From Spirochaetales bacterium (GTDB lineage Bacteria; Spirochaetota; Spirochaetia; Treponematales; UBA12059), in assembly GCA_016928955.1 (NCBI GenBank), contig JAFGJV010000038.1:1-35255 (forward strand): a stretch of DNA of 35,255 bases, given 5' to 3'. Both the position numbers and the translations under genes were made by a program. The notes beneath the pieces are model-generated. The model saw only the letters and a program-made list of their open reading frames with translations. It made no database searches and was not told where the DNA came from. Below, piece after piece: positions 1-9,182 of the stretch; position 1 is the stretch's first letter, and each line of letters begins with the position of its first letter.

Positions 1-118
1 CTCTGAGTTCTCGACAAACCCATGGAAGACCGGATCGGCCCACCGCTTCAAGCCCCACCAATTTACAGAAAGAACTTTACACTACCAGCTTTTTCACGGA
101 CATTCCTTGTTGTTAGTA

Positions 119-148
119 CCCCGGAGGTCGGATTGCCGCCCTCCGGGG
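119..148. other. GC-rich inverted repeat/hairpin, function unknown
   Basis: CCCCGGAGG (119-127) pairs with CCTCCGGGG (140-148); no U-tract on either side. Confidence 0.3.
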
Positions 149-281
149 CATCAATCGCTACTGCTTCTCTATGCGGTGGGCTGGGCAAACAGTCCCGTTG
201 GCTGCCAGCCGCGTCTTAGCCTTTGGCTAGCGCGGACACGCTTCCCTATAGGGTTCGCGGCCGGCCCTTCATCTATCCAGC

Positions 282-953
282 TCAGGATCCGCGTGACGAC
301 ACGGTGAACACAAAGTCCTTCTCTGCCTGGTCCTCGCCCACCACCACCGTTATGCCTTCTTCCGTGAAGGTGCTCCTTCTCATAGTTTCCAGGCGTATGG
401 TCACGGAATACTGGCCGGCGGGGAGCGTCGCGTCCCAGACACTCTCAGCCACCTGGCTGTTACAGTTTTTCCATTCTCCATCCACATGCTCGCTGGGCTC
501 GCCAATATAGGAACATGTGGTCCTCCGCTGCCAATCCAGCTCGTTATGGTCCAGGTCCCCAAACTCTATATCCATGGGGAAGTCCGCGGCGTAGCTGTCT
601 GCTTCCGCCCCGGAGGCCTTCAGGATCAGCTTGAAGCCGGACTCCGCCCGATCCGCGCTCTGGCTCGGTTCCAGAAAAAAGGGTTTGTCCGACAGCTTGA
701 AGAACACGTCCTCACGTAGCGGCGTGATGGAATATTTTACGACCAAAAGCGTCCGTGATGGACTGCCGGACCCAGCCTCACCCTGAATCCGCCGTTCCGT
801 CACCTCAACCAGGCTGACCCTTATGCCGTCCAGCTCTATGGACAAAGCTTGGGCAAGCGTGCGCTCGGACAGCATGGCTGTAGCTGCGGGTGGCCGAGCG
901 CAGGCCGCCATGAGGAGGAAGAGCGCCGGCAGAATAAAACTTTTGAATTTCAT
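282..953 (-). CDS. Hypothetical lipoprotein
   Basis: 223-aa ORF; MKFK + hydrophobic stretch + lipobox-like LMAAC; AAAGG upstream of ATG. Confidence 0.75.
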   Translation of the reverse strand: MKFKSFILPALFLLMAACARPPAATAMLSERTLAQALSIELDGIRVSLVEVTERRIQGEAGSGSPSRTLLVVKYSITPLREDVFFKLSDKPFFLEPSQSADRAESGFKLILKASGAEADSYAADFPMDIEFGDLDHNELDWQRRTTCSYIGEPSEHVDGEWKNCNSQVAESVWDATLPAGQYSVTIRLETMRRSTFTEEGITVVVGEDQAEKDFVFTVSSRGS

Positions 954-1063
954 ACAGTACCTTTCTACCTATACCTGAGTTGAATGCAAGCTAGCTTAAA
1001 ACCCCAAGAGCTTCAAGGATCCTCGGAAAATCGAGTCTCAATAGGCCGCGCAAGACTAAGTTG

Positions 1064-1858
1064 CTAATAATCCTTCTTCCCTGCTATATGCCTGGCCAAT
1101 AAAGTTATTCCCCCAATCCATACCGCCTGGTACACCTGCACCGGCACCCCCATCCTGAAAATGAAGGGTATCCAGCTGGGAGCACGGGTTTCATCCCGCA
1201 AGGCCTCTATCGAAGGCCAGAATGAAGGGAAGAGAAACATGCCCACTTCTCTCACGGCGTGCGGCAAGCTTACCGTTATGTTCACAAAGGGTATATTGGA
1301 AGACTGAACGATGTTGACCATGATAAAAAATCCCAGACACAGTATTAGCCCGCTCCATCCGTAGAATAAGACGCTGGCCAAAAACCCCACGGCGCAATAT
1401 ACGCCGAAACTGAACAGTGTGGACAGGCACCAGGCCAGAAAGTCGGAAGAGTCCACCGGAAGCTTTGAAACCAGGTGCAGGGCTAGGCCATTCAGGGAAA
1501 TCACCACGACATAGAACAAGGCTATGGCCCATACCACTTTCAGATATGAATCGTACACGCTCTCCTTGCGCTTGGCGTGAGCCAGCTCGATGTAGTACTG
1601 TCCCGTGGCCAGGGAAGGACCTATTGCCTTAAGTCCAAGATACATGGCCACGAACGGCGGTATCAATTCCGTGACCGACAATAAAGCGCTCCAGAACAGC
1701 TGGTATTTGTATTTCAGAGACAAGGAAAGCGCGGAAGCCTCAAACACCCCGGTAGACCAGAATGCCACGTTGAGCAGCACAATGCTGGAAAGCACCAGGC
1801 TGACCATTACGGGATCCCGGGAAAGTTCGTCCAGCCGATAGCGGGTAGAACCTCTCAT
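1064..1858 (-). CDS. ABC-2-type transporter permease
   Basis: 264 aa with about 6 hydrophobic segments; ATGA overlap (1855-1858) with the ABC ATPase. Confidence 0.75.
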   Translation of the reverse strand: MRGSTRYRLDELSRDPVMVSLVLSSIVLLNVAFWSTGVFEASALSLSLKYKYQLFWSALLSVTELIPPFVAMYLGLKAIGPSLATGQYYIELAHAKRKESVYDSYLKVVWAIALFYVVVISLNGLALHLVSKLPVDSSDFLAWCLSTLFSFGVYCAVGFLASVLFYGWSGLILCLGFFIMVNIVQSSNIPFVNITVSLPHAVREVGMFLFPSFWPSIEALRDETRAPSWIPFIFRMGVPVQVYQAVWIGGITLLARHIAGKKDY

Positions 1859-2700
1859 GGCAAAGCTCCTTCGTGCTCCAGACAGTCATGATACCAGTCC
1901 TCCAGATCCCTGGTAGCGTAGTCCAGATCCGCAAAGCGGTAGCTGCCCTCCGCAATCTCACAATCGTTGCCAAGTGCCAGTGTAAGCGTTGCCCCTCGCT
2001 CCAGATTTTCCAAACGTGCGCTAGCCACCCTACTGTCTCTCCGATATTCGGCTAGTACGATTTCAGAAACGAGCCTTCCGCCATAGAGCAAGCCGGCCCT
2101 GTCACAGACCCGTTCAAGGTCGGTAAGGATGTGAGAAGTCATAAGTACGCTCGTGCCGCCAGCCTTTGCATCGGCAACCAGGGAAAGCACGGCCCTTCTG
2201 GCCACGGGGTCCAGGTCCGAGGTGGGCTCATCGAGGATTATAAGCTCAGCCTTGCCCAGGAAAGCCTGGATCACGCCTACTTTCTTACGCATACCCTTGG
2301 AAAAAGTGCCTATGCGCTTGTTGAGCACCTTGTCCATATCGAGTTTCTTCGCCAGCTCCTGCATGAGCTCCCTGGCCTGGATTTCCGGTATGCCTTTAAG
2401 CAAGGCGACAGCGGACAGGTACTCCTTCATCGTTGAACTGCGCGGCAGGATCAAACTCTCCGGCAGATAGGAAAGCCCCTTGGATTCTTTCAGATGATCC
2501 AGGCTTTTGTTGTTGTACAATAGCTGGCCTTCTTGCGGGCTCACCGCACCGATAATGCACTTAATGGTAGTGGATTTTCCGGCTCCATTGGGTCCGACCA
2601 AGGCATAGGTTTCCCCCGAGACCAAAGAAAGGGACAGATCGTTCAAGACCTTCTTACCTGGTGAATAAGACTTATGAACATGCTCTACATGCAAACTCAT
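1855..2700 (-). CDS. ABC transporter ATP-binding protein (exporter type)
   Basis: Walker A GPNGAGKST, signature FSKGM, Walker B IILDEPT, H-loop TSH; GAGGAG upstream. Confidence 0.92.
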   Translation of the reverse strand: MSLHVEHVHKSYSPGKKVLNDLSLSLVSGETYALVGPNGAGKSTTIKCIIGAVSPQEGQLLYNNKSLDHLKESKGLSYLPESLILPRSSTMKEYLSAVALLKGIPEIQARELMQELAKKLDMDKVLNKRIGTFSKGMRKKVGVIQAFLGKAELIILDEPTSDLDPVARRAVLSLVADAKAGGTSVLMTSHILTDLERVCDRAGLLYGGRLVSEIVLAEYRRDSRVASARLENLERGATLTLALGNDCEIAEGSYRFADLDYATRDLEDWYHDCLEHEGALP

Positions 2701-2870
2701 GGACTCCGCTCCTCGAAAGACTCACGGAAACATTCGGATAGGAATTGCACTATCTTGCAGCGAAGGCATAATTCCAATGCTTGGGTGATCGTCACAAGAG
2801 AACACCTAAAACTGACGCTCTATCCTGCAACCCTCATGATTACTAGGACCCATAGAGCACCCTGCCCCAA

Positions 2871-4133
2871 TTATTCACCTCCCTGCCCATCTTGCTCTTC
2901 CATGAGAGCGGCAAGATCGGCGTACCTTGATGGCTGCACGACCTCGGGAGAGAAAGATACAAATCGATATTTTTCCACGCCGCAGCTTTCGACCCTGATC
3001 GCCGGATGGAAATACACCACGGTATTCGTAAAATCAGACTCCGGCGAATAATAGACAGGATACCAAGCCTAAAGAGCCTTCACCCCGTCCATATCAGGCG
3101 CCAATTGCTCATCGTCGATCGCTCCGGGAAACCGTGTGTCTATATTCTCCCTCTTGAAGGAGTTGTATTCGTCTGGGAGAAAAAGCAAGGGGTTCTTGTC
3201 CCGTAGCTCTTCTCGGGAGTAATGATTCTTGTTCGTTACATATACCAAGACGTTGAAGTACGAATCCGCGCCTGTTTCCAGCTCAGGATCTTCCTCAGAA
3301 CGCGCCTTCAGCTCCTCTTTCACCGCCATGACCACAGGAGGCCGATTTTTCATCCCCTCTGAATACAATGGATGCCGCCAATCAACATATATTCCGTCTA
3401 TTCCTATATCAATCCCCAACAATCTTTCCCCGTCGCCCAGTTGGGAGGCGCGACTCAACTCGTTCGTTGCAAAGGGAATCCGTACGGCCAAATTCGTAAA
3501 CTGCATCCCTAAAGGCGCATCACCCAGCTGATACGTTTCACCGTTATAGGCAAGGGTACCAGCCCACCGTCCAAACTGCAGGTTAGTCAACCCTCCAATG
3601 AGAACCAGTTCATCGGGCACCGCCTTGAAAACGAGCCGCCCAATGGGAAATTCCTCTGCAACCCCGTCATTGAAATAGAAACGGATCCCGGTAACGCTCA
3701 CACTGCTGTCTTGGTTGGGATATAGAACACCCACCCTGATAGTACGCTCAAACAAAGCTCCGCCAAAGCGTGAACTATACTCCTTGCCCGCGGGCATATA
3801 GCCAAGATCGCGCGGAGCGCCTATTCCCTGCAATTCCACCTCGAAAGCAGAGCCGTCTTCAGCAAGCAAGTAAATGGATTCAATATTCGACGCCTGTGAG
3901 AACTCAGACACCTTGCGCTCGTCTATCAGATACAGCATTAGATTCTGCGGTTTAGGCGGGCCCTTCAAGAGAGGGTTCTTGGCAAAATACACGGTACCGA
4001 CATGGCGCAGGAAAGCCTGCCGCACATGGCCTTTTTGGGCATCATCACGTTTGTTATGAAAGGAAAAAACCAGGAAGATTATCGACAGGGATGCCAACAA
4101 CACTAGCGCGAATAACATGAGCATTCTTTTCAT
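2871..4133 (-). pseudogene. Membrane-anchored/exported hypothetical protein interrupted by in-frame TAG at 3069-3071 (or a 354-aa CDS 3069-4133)
   Basis: ATG at 4133 after GAGGTG; N-terminal hydrophobic anchor MKRMLMLFALVLLASLSIIFLVF; the same frame stays open for 65 more codons after the TAG, to TAA at 2871-2873. Confidence 0.55.
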
Positions 4134-4236
4134 GGCCACCTCTTTTAAAGAGTGTCTTATTGAATACTTCCATCTCTTCAGCCAATACGGTGGATAAAGA
4201 TAGCGACAAGACCGCTGCAAAAAATAGTATCTTCAT
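4054..4236 (-). CDS. Short ORF with signal peptide, possibly a truncated gene remnant
   Basis: MKILFFAAVLSLSLSTVLA/EEMEVF...; first ORF after a candidate promoter; last 80 nt overlap the next gene out of frame. Confidence 0.3.
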   Translation of the reverse strand: MKILFFAAVLSLSLSTVLAEEMEVFNKTLFKRGGHEKNAHVIRASVVGIPVDNLPGFFLS

Positions 4237-4275
4237 GGAACCTGCCACACTTTTTTCCACGGCGTATATATGGGT

Positions 4276-4304
4276 AATTTTTCACGAAATAAAAACAGTG
4301 TCAA
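4276..4304 (-). promoter_or_regulatory. Candidate sigma70 promoter of the island operon
   Basis: TTGACA (4304-4299), 17 bp spacer, TGn-AAAATT (4281-4276) in an AT-rich tract. Confidence 0.4.
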
Positions 4305-4424
4305 TTGATAGATTAACCGGAAGTTGGCTGTTTCAAAACTGGACTCGTGAACTGTGGGCATGATTTGCAGGCGCTTGATAATATGTCAGCACACGAGTGG
4401 TTTCTACAAGAACCGTCCGTTTAT

Positions 4425-4460
4425 GGGAATCTCTAAAACCCGATGGCCCTTAGGGACTCT
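4425..4460. repeat. Degenerate solo copy of the terminal hairpin of the 108-bp element
   Basis: GGGAATCTCTAAAACCCGATGGCCCTTAGGGACTCT aligns with GGGAACCTCTAAAAACCCCATGGTTATTAGAGGTTCCC (31901-31938). Confidence 0.45.
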
Positions 4461-4544
4461 ATTCAAAAAGAAGAGCCCAATACGGCATCTGTCTGGCAAA
4501 TAGAGCCCCCCTCAACCTCAGGTCAGACGAGAATTACTGTCCGA

Positions 4545-5759
4545 TCAACCCATCGCGAACTGTATGATGGGTATGATGCACACGATGATGAACACAATTT
4601 CCAGCACCAGCATGGTGCGCTCGTTCTTGTCGCCCTTGACGATCTCGTACACGTTCTGGAGGGCGTCCAGGCGCCGTTCCACCGAGCGGGTCCAGCCGGC
4701 CGTGTTGAATATGCCGCACAGGTGCTCGTACACGATGCCCAGGAAATAGTCGCCTATGATCTTGGCGCTGTTCTCCAGGTTTTCCAGGATAAACAGGGCG
4801 TCCAGGCGCAGGGCCTGGATGACGGCCAGCTTGCGCTGCAGGGCGCCTGCCTTGATGGTCCGCTTTTTGGGCCGCTTGCCCGGGCGCTCGCGGCGGTAGA
4901 AGGCGTTGACGTCGTCCTCCGCCTCGTCCAGCCAGCGGTCCAGGAGCCTGTCCAGGGTGCGTAGTTCCAGGAACTGGTAGTTGGCCAGCTCGGTGATCAG
5001 GAGCACGTCCTCGTAGTCGCGCTCGGCGTCTATGATCAGGCAGCGGTCCATGTCAAAGACCACCAGGTCGTTCTGGCTGTAGGAAAAGGGGTTGGACATG
5101 GAGCGGCGTATCTGCGACGCGTGTATGGGCGTGTCCCAGGGCTCTCCGCCGAGCAGGGTGGTCAGGGGCCGCTCGTTGGCCGACACAAAGTCCGCGGGCG
5201 CCATGCCCACGTCGGCAAAGCAGAAGGCCGTGTAGGTTTCCTTCTCCATGCGCTCGGTGTCGTAATGCTCTGCGGCCACCGCGGGCTCCACCTGGGCCAG
5301 AACGGCGCGGTAGCGCTCGTCGGTGTATGTATCCAGGTCGGATATGCCGGGCGACACGGGCCGCGACTCAACGCCGTGGAGTTCCTCAAGGCTGGCGCTG
5401 ACCTTGAGCCTGGCTACTATGGATATGACGCCGTCCGCGTATATGCGGGCCATGGCTGAGAAGCCTTCCACGGCGTCGTCGCAAAAGGCTTTCTGGGAAC
5501 CGGAACGGAGGTCCACGCACAGGGGCGTGGGCATGGTGAGCGACGCCGGGGTGTCGCGGCGCCTGAGTATGCGCATGCCCGGCGTGCCGGGAAGGAGGGC
5601 CGCAGCCTTCTTGATGTCCACCGATCGGCCCACGTCATACAGGGCCATGCGGACTATCTCCACATGGTAAACCGGCGCCTTCCTGACCGCCTTGCGGCGC
5701 TTGGGTGGGGCCGCCTGCGGCGACTTGGCTACCCTGGCTCTCCTTGGCCCGTCGCTCAC
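4545..5759 (-). CDS. RMD1/DUF155-like protein with C-terminal TM helix
   Basis: 404 aa; helical C-terminal half ending LEIVFIIVCII; GTGA overlap with the PASTA gene; family assigned from memory. Confidence 0.6.
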   Translation of the reverse strand: MSDGPRRARVAKSPQAAPPKRRKAVRKAPVYHVEIVRMALYDVGRSVDIKKAAALLPGTPGMRILRRRDTPASLTMPTPLCVDLRSGSQKAFCDDAVEGFSAMARIYADGVISIVARLKVSASLEELHGVESRPVSPGISDLDTYTDERYRAVLAQVEPAVAAEHYDTERMEKETYTAFCFADVGMAPADFVSANERPLTTLLGGEPWDTPIHASQIRRSMSNPFSYSQNDLVVFDMDRCLIIDAERDYEDVLLITELANYQFLELRTLDRLLDRWLDEAEDDVNAFYRRERPGKRPKKRTIKAGALQRKLAVIQALRLDALFILENLENSAKIIGDYFLGIVYEHLCGIFNTAGWTRSVERRLDALQNVYEIVKGDKNERTMLVLEIVFIIVCIIPIIQFAMG

Positions 5760-6775
5760 TGGCCGACCTCCTGCCTGGCAACCACCTTGTTGAGCACCTG
5801 CAGCTCGAGCACGCTGCCGTTCGGCAGGACATAGGGCCAGCTGAAGGGCCCGCCCGGATGCTCCACGGACACCAGGGTGGTCCGTGGGCCGGTGGGCGTT
5901 TCGGCGTACAGGGTAACGCTCAGTGGATAGGGATATTCAGGCAGGTCCCGGGTAAAGAGGCCGGAACTCATGCCGCTTTGTTCCTTGGGCAGGGTGAACA
6001 CCAGCTGGACCGGTTCGGCGGGGTTCTGCACCGTGCCGGGCACGGGCAGCTGGGCAACCACCACGCCGGATTTCTCCGACCCTTCAGCTGGCCGCACGGT
6101 AAAGCTGAAATTGATTCCGGCCTTTTCAATGGCCCTGGCGGCCGCCTCTGAATTGAGTCCGGCGAGTTCAGGCACCGTGACCTTGGACTGTTCGGGACCT
6201 CGGGACACCACAAAGGTCATCTGCACGGCCCCGGTCAGCTCGGTTTCGGCCTGGGGCGACTGCTGGAGTATGGTTCCCGCCGGGCTGGGGTCGTACACGT
6301 AGACGGGCGGCTCGTGCACGGTGATCAGCTGGCGCGACGAGCCGAACACAGTCTGGAGCGACAGCCGCACCTCGTCCAGGTCCTGGCCCACGTAGTCGCC
6401 CACGCGGTTCTGCGCGGCGCCCCTGGACACGACGATGGCTATGCGGCGGCCGGCCTTTACCACGGCTCCGGGAGGCGGATCCTGCTCGATGATCAGGCCG
6501 CGGGTGGCCGGGTCGTCGGAGAAGCGGAGCGACACGCGGGGATACAATTCCTTTTCCTGCAGCTTGATGAGGGCCGTGGACAGCTCCAGGTCCCGCACGT
6601 CGGGGACCAGGGTCTGCTCGGCGCCGCGCAGGGTCAGGAAAAAGGCCACAACCGCGGACACGGCCATGAGTATGATCACGCCCGACAGGGACACTATCGT
6701 CATGCGCGCATGCTTGGGATCCAGTTCGTCGAGTTTCTTGAAGCTGAAAAAGGATCGCATGTCGTTAAAATCCAT
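5756..6775 (-). CDS. Membrane-anchored PASTA-domain protein
   Basis: N-terminal TM then three PASTA-like repeats (VPDV..L / QDPPPG..VK / VVSRG). Confidence 0.85.
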   Translation of the reverse strand: MDFNDMRSFFSFKKLDELDPKHARMTIVSLSGVIILMAVSAVVAFFLTLRGAEQTLVPDVRDLELSTALIKLQEKELYPRVSLRFSDDPATRGLIIEQDPPPGAVVKAGRRIAIVVSRGAAQNRVGDYVGQDLDEVRLSLQTVFGSSRQLITVHEPPVYVYDPSPAGTILQQSPQAETELTGAVQMTFVVSRGPEQSKVTVPELAGLNSEAAARAIEKAGINFSFTVRPAEGSEKSGVVVAQLPVPGTVQNPAEPVQLVFTLPKEQSGMSSGLFTRDLPEYPYPLSVTLYAETPTGPRTTLVSVEHPGGPFSWPYVLPNGSVLELQVLNKVVARQEVGQ

Positions 6776-6833
6776 TATGGTCTCCCGTCAGGTGGCGTGA
6801 TCAGCATCGGAGCTCCGGCCGCGTCGCCCCGGC

Positions 6834-7781
6834 TCATGGAAGTCCGAGCACAGAGCCGACGAATCCCCGCGCCCCGTTGAGAAAATCCTTGTAGCCGAGG
6901 GGTTTCTTGCCCCTCAGTTGTAGGCGCTTGAGGGCAACGAGGCCTTGTCCAGTTTGTACCATTATACCTTTCGGCGTGTCTACCGAGAGCACCGTGCCCG
7001 GCTCCGCGTCCGACGAGCCGCCGGACGGCTCCAGGTCCAAAAGGGCCAGGCGCTCGCCGTTCCAGGTAGTCCACGCCCCAGGCCAAGGATAGTAGGCGCG
7101 GGCCCTGGCGTCTATATCCAGGGCGTCAAGGGACCAGTCCACGCGGCCGTCGTCCTTGCTGATGGCAGAGCTGTAGGTGGCCTGCGACTCGTCCTGCGCT
7201 TCCGGGGCTTCTCTGCCGGCCATGGCGTTTTCCACGGCCCTGGCCAACAGCCTGGCGCCCGCGGCGGCAGCCTTGGCGCTCAGGGACTCGGTGGTTTCCC
7301 GCGCGTCCAAGGCCATGGTTTCCCGCAGGAGCACGTCGCCCGAGTCCATGCGGAGCGCGAGCTTCTGGACGGATACGCCCGTCACTTGGTCGCGGGACAG
7401 GATGGCGTAGGGAATGGGCGCGCATCCCCTCCAGCGCGGGAGGAGCGAGGGATGGGCGTTGATGCCGCCGCGCGGGAACAAGGACAGGAACTTGGGACCA
7501 AAGAGGCGGCCGTAGGCAAAGACCACGAGCAGGTCGGGCTCGAGCGCGGCCACGGCCTCGCGCTCGGCCGGACCGAGCCGCCCGGGCTCAAGTACAGGCA
7601 CGCCGGGCAGGATTTCTGCAGCCTTGAGCGCAACCGGCGTGGGCTCGGGCTTGAGGCCGCGTCCCTTGGGCGCCGGAGGATTGGTCAGCACGCCTACCAC
7701 GTGGGCCACGGCGGCCACGGTTTCCAGAGACGGTACCGCTATCTCTGGGCTGCCAGCAAAGAGGACGCGCACGGGCGTCAT
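6834..7781 (-). CDS. fmt: Methionyl-tRNA formyltransferase
   Basis: FAGSPEIA, NAHPSLLPRWRGCAPI, MDSGD motifs; follows def with ATGA overlap. Confidence 0.95.
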   Translation of the reverse strand: MTPVRVLFAGSPEIAVPSLETVAAVAHVVGVLTNPPAPKGRGLKPEPTPVALKAAEILPGVPVLEPGRLGPAEREAVAALEPDLLVVFAYGRLFGPKFLSLFPRGGINAHPSLLPRWRGCAPIPYAILSRDQVTGVSVQKLALRMDSGDVLLRETMALDARETTESLSAKAAAAGARLLARAVENAMAGREAPEAQDESQATYSSAISKDDGRVDWSLDALDIDARARAYYPWPGAWTTWNGERLALLDLEPSGGSSDAEPGTVLSVDTPKGIMVQTGQGLVALKRLQLRGKKPLGYKDFLNGARGFVGSVLGLP

Positions 7782-8266
7782 GCCCTCATGCGTTTTTCGT
7801 ATTGCTTGAGCAGGCGCTCTCGCACGCGCTCGGGCAGGCGGTCGGTGAACAGGACGCCGTCCAGGTGGTCCAGCTCGTGCTGGATGACCCTGGCCAGGAG
7901 GCCGTCGGCTTCCATGGTGAAGGGCCTCCCGCGCTCGCTGTATGCCTGGACCTGCACGGACGCCGAGCGCTGGAGGTCGGCGTAGGTGCCCGGTATGGAC
8001 AGGCAGCCCTCCTCGTACTCGGACAGGTCCTGGCTGGTTCCTATGATCTCCGGGTTGATGAACACAAAGGGCTTGCCGCCTTCCAGTTGGATCACGAACA
8101 GGCGCTGGCCTATGCCCACCTGGGGACCGGCCAAGCCTATGCCACGCCCGAATTTCATGGTGGTGAACATCGTTTCTATGGTCTTGGACAGCTCGGCGTC
8201 GAAATTTTCCACCGGGGCGGCCTTTTGCCGCAAAACCTCGGCTCCGATTGTATAAATATCGAACAT
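7778..8266 (-). CDS. def: Peptide deformylase
   Basis: GIGLAGPQVG, EGCLS, QHELDHLDG motifs; GAGGGAG SD before ATG 8266. Confidence 0.97.
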   Translation of the reverse strand: MFDIYTIGAEVLRQKAAPVENFDAELSKTIETMFTTMKFGRGIGLAGPQVGIGQRLFVIQLEGGKPFVFINPEIIGTSQDLSEYEEGCLSIPGTYADLQRSASVQVQAYSERGRPFTMEADGLLARVIQHELDHLDGVLFTDRLPERVRERLLKQYEKRMRA

Positions 8267-8335
8267 GGACACTCCCTCAAAGACCGCCGTCGCGGTTCCT
8301 ACAAATATACCTACAGAGAAGCACCCTGTAAAACC

Positions 8336-8812
8336 TCAGGGCTCGGCGCTCAGGTCTAGGGGCAGCTCAAACCGGTCGCCGGGCTCAAGGCCAACCCTCT
8401 CGAACCAGCCCTTGGGCACTTCCAGGGCGTAACGGGCGTAACGCTCTGACCTGACGACGCTTTCCGACAGGGGCTCCATGTCGTGGATCTCGCGGATGGT
8501 GCCGTCGGACGCGATAAAGGCTATGGACAGGGGGACCAGCGTGTTCTTCATCCAGAACGACATGCGCTGGTCGCTGTTCCACACAAAGAGCATGCCCGTG
8601 CCGTCAGGCAGCTTGGTGCGGTGCATGAGGCCCGTCTGGCGCTCTTCCTGGGTGAGGGCCAGCTCGACCCTCACTTCAACGCCGCCCGAGCGCAGCACCG
8701 CCGTGGCCAAGCCGGACTGCGGCCGATCGCCCGTGCACGACACGGCACTTGCCGCCAGCGCGCAGGCCAGCGCGAACACCCACCCAGATCCCCGAACGCC
8801 AACGCGTCGCAT
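8336..8812 (-). CDS. DUF192 family protein (probable lipoprotein)
   Basis: ELA...GLMHR..L....GMLF...FWMKNT.VPLSIAFI...ALEVP.GWF pattern; lipobox-like AVSC; GGAGG SD. Confidence 0.88.
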   Translation of the reverse strand: MRRVGVRGSGWVFALACALAASAVSCTGDRPQSGLATAVLRSGGVEVRVELALTQEERQTGLMHRTKLPDGTGMLFVWNSDQRMSFWMKNTLVPLSIAFIASDGTIREIHDMEPLSESVVRSERYARYALEVPKGWFERVGLEPGDRFELPLDLSAEP

Positions 8813-8901
8813 CACAACCTCCGGCCGGAACGCGTCATCGCTCAGTCCGGCCAGCCTCTACTGTAGCAGGAAGCGAAGCCCGGGGCTAGCGGGGCGAGGG
8901 C

Positions 8902-8940
8902 AAAAGAAAACCGCCCGGCTTGAGCGCGGGCGGTGTTTCT
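8902..8940 (-). terminator. Rho-independent terminator downstream of rpsU
   Basis: ACCGCCCG..CGGGCGGT stem followed on the minus strand by TTTTCTTTT. Confidence 0.75.
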
Positions 8941-8966
8941 GAGGGCCAAGGTCGGGCCTAAAGGGC

Positions 8967-9176
8967 TTAGTAGGACTTGCCCTCACGAGCCTTGCGCGTC
9001 TTGCGCAGGAGCTTGCGCTCAATGGCCTTCATCTTGCGATTGCGGATGGCGGAGGGTTTCTCAAAGTACTCGCGCTTTTTCCACTCTCGGATGATGCCCT
9101 CCTTCTCCACCATGCGCTTGAAGCGCTTGATGGCCTTCTCGAGGGGCTCGCTCTCATCGACGATAATTTGGCTGAT
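8967..9176 (-). CDS. rpsU: 30S ribosomal protein S21 (absent from the ORF track; probable ATC start)
   Basis: Translates as (M)[76 protein letters not shown] is the bS21 hallmark; GGAGGTGAT SD at 9190-9182. Confidence 0.93.
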   Translation of the reverse strand: MSQIIVDESEPLEKAIKRFKRMVEKEGIIREWKKREYFEKPSAIRNRKMKAIERKLLRKTRKAREGKSY

Positions 9177-9182
9177 AGGAAA

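Noticed and set aside
2751..2830. Near-direct repeat TATCTTGCAG / TATCCTGCAA upstream of the ABC ATPase
   Set aside because: Only 8 of 10 identical and 70 bp apart; not distinguishable from chance
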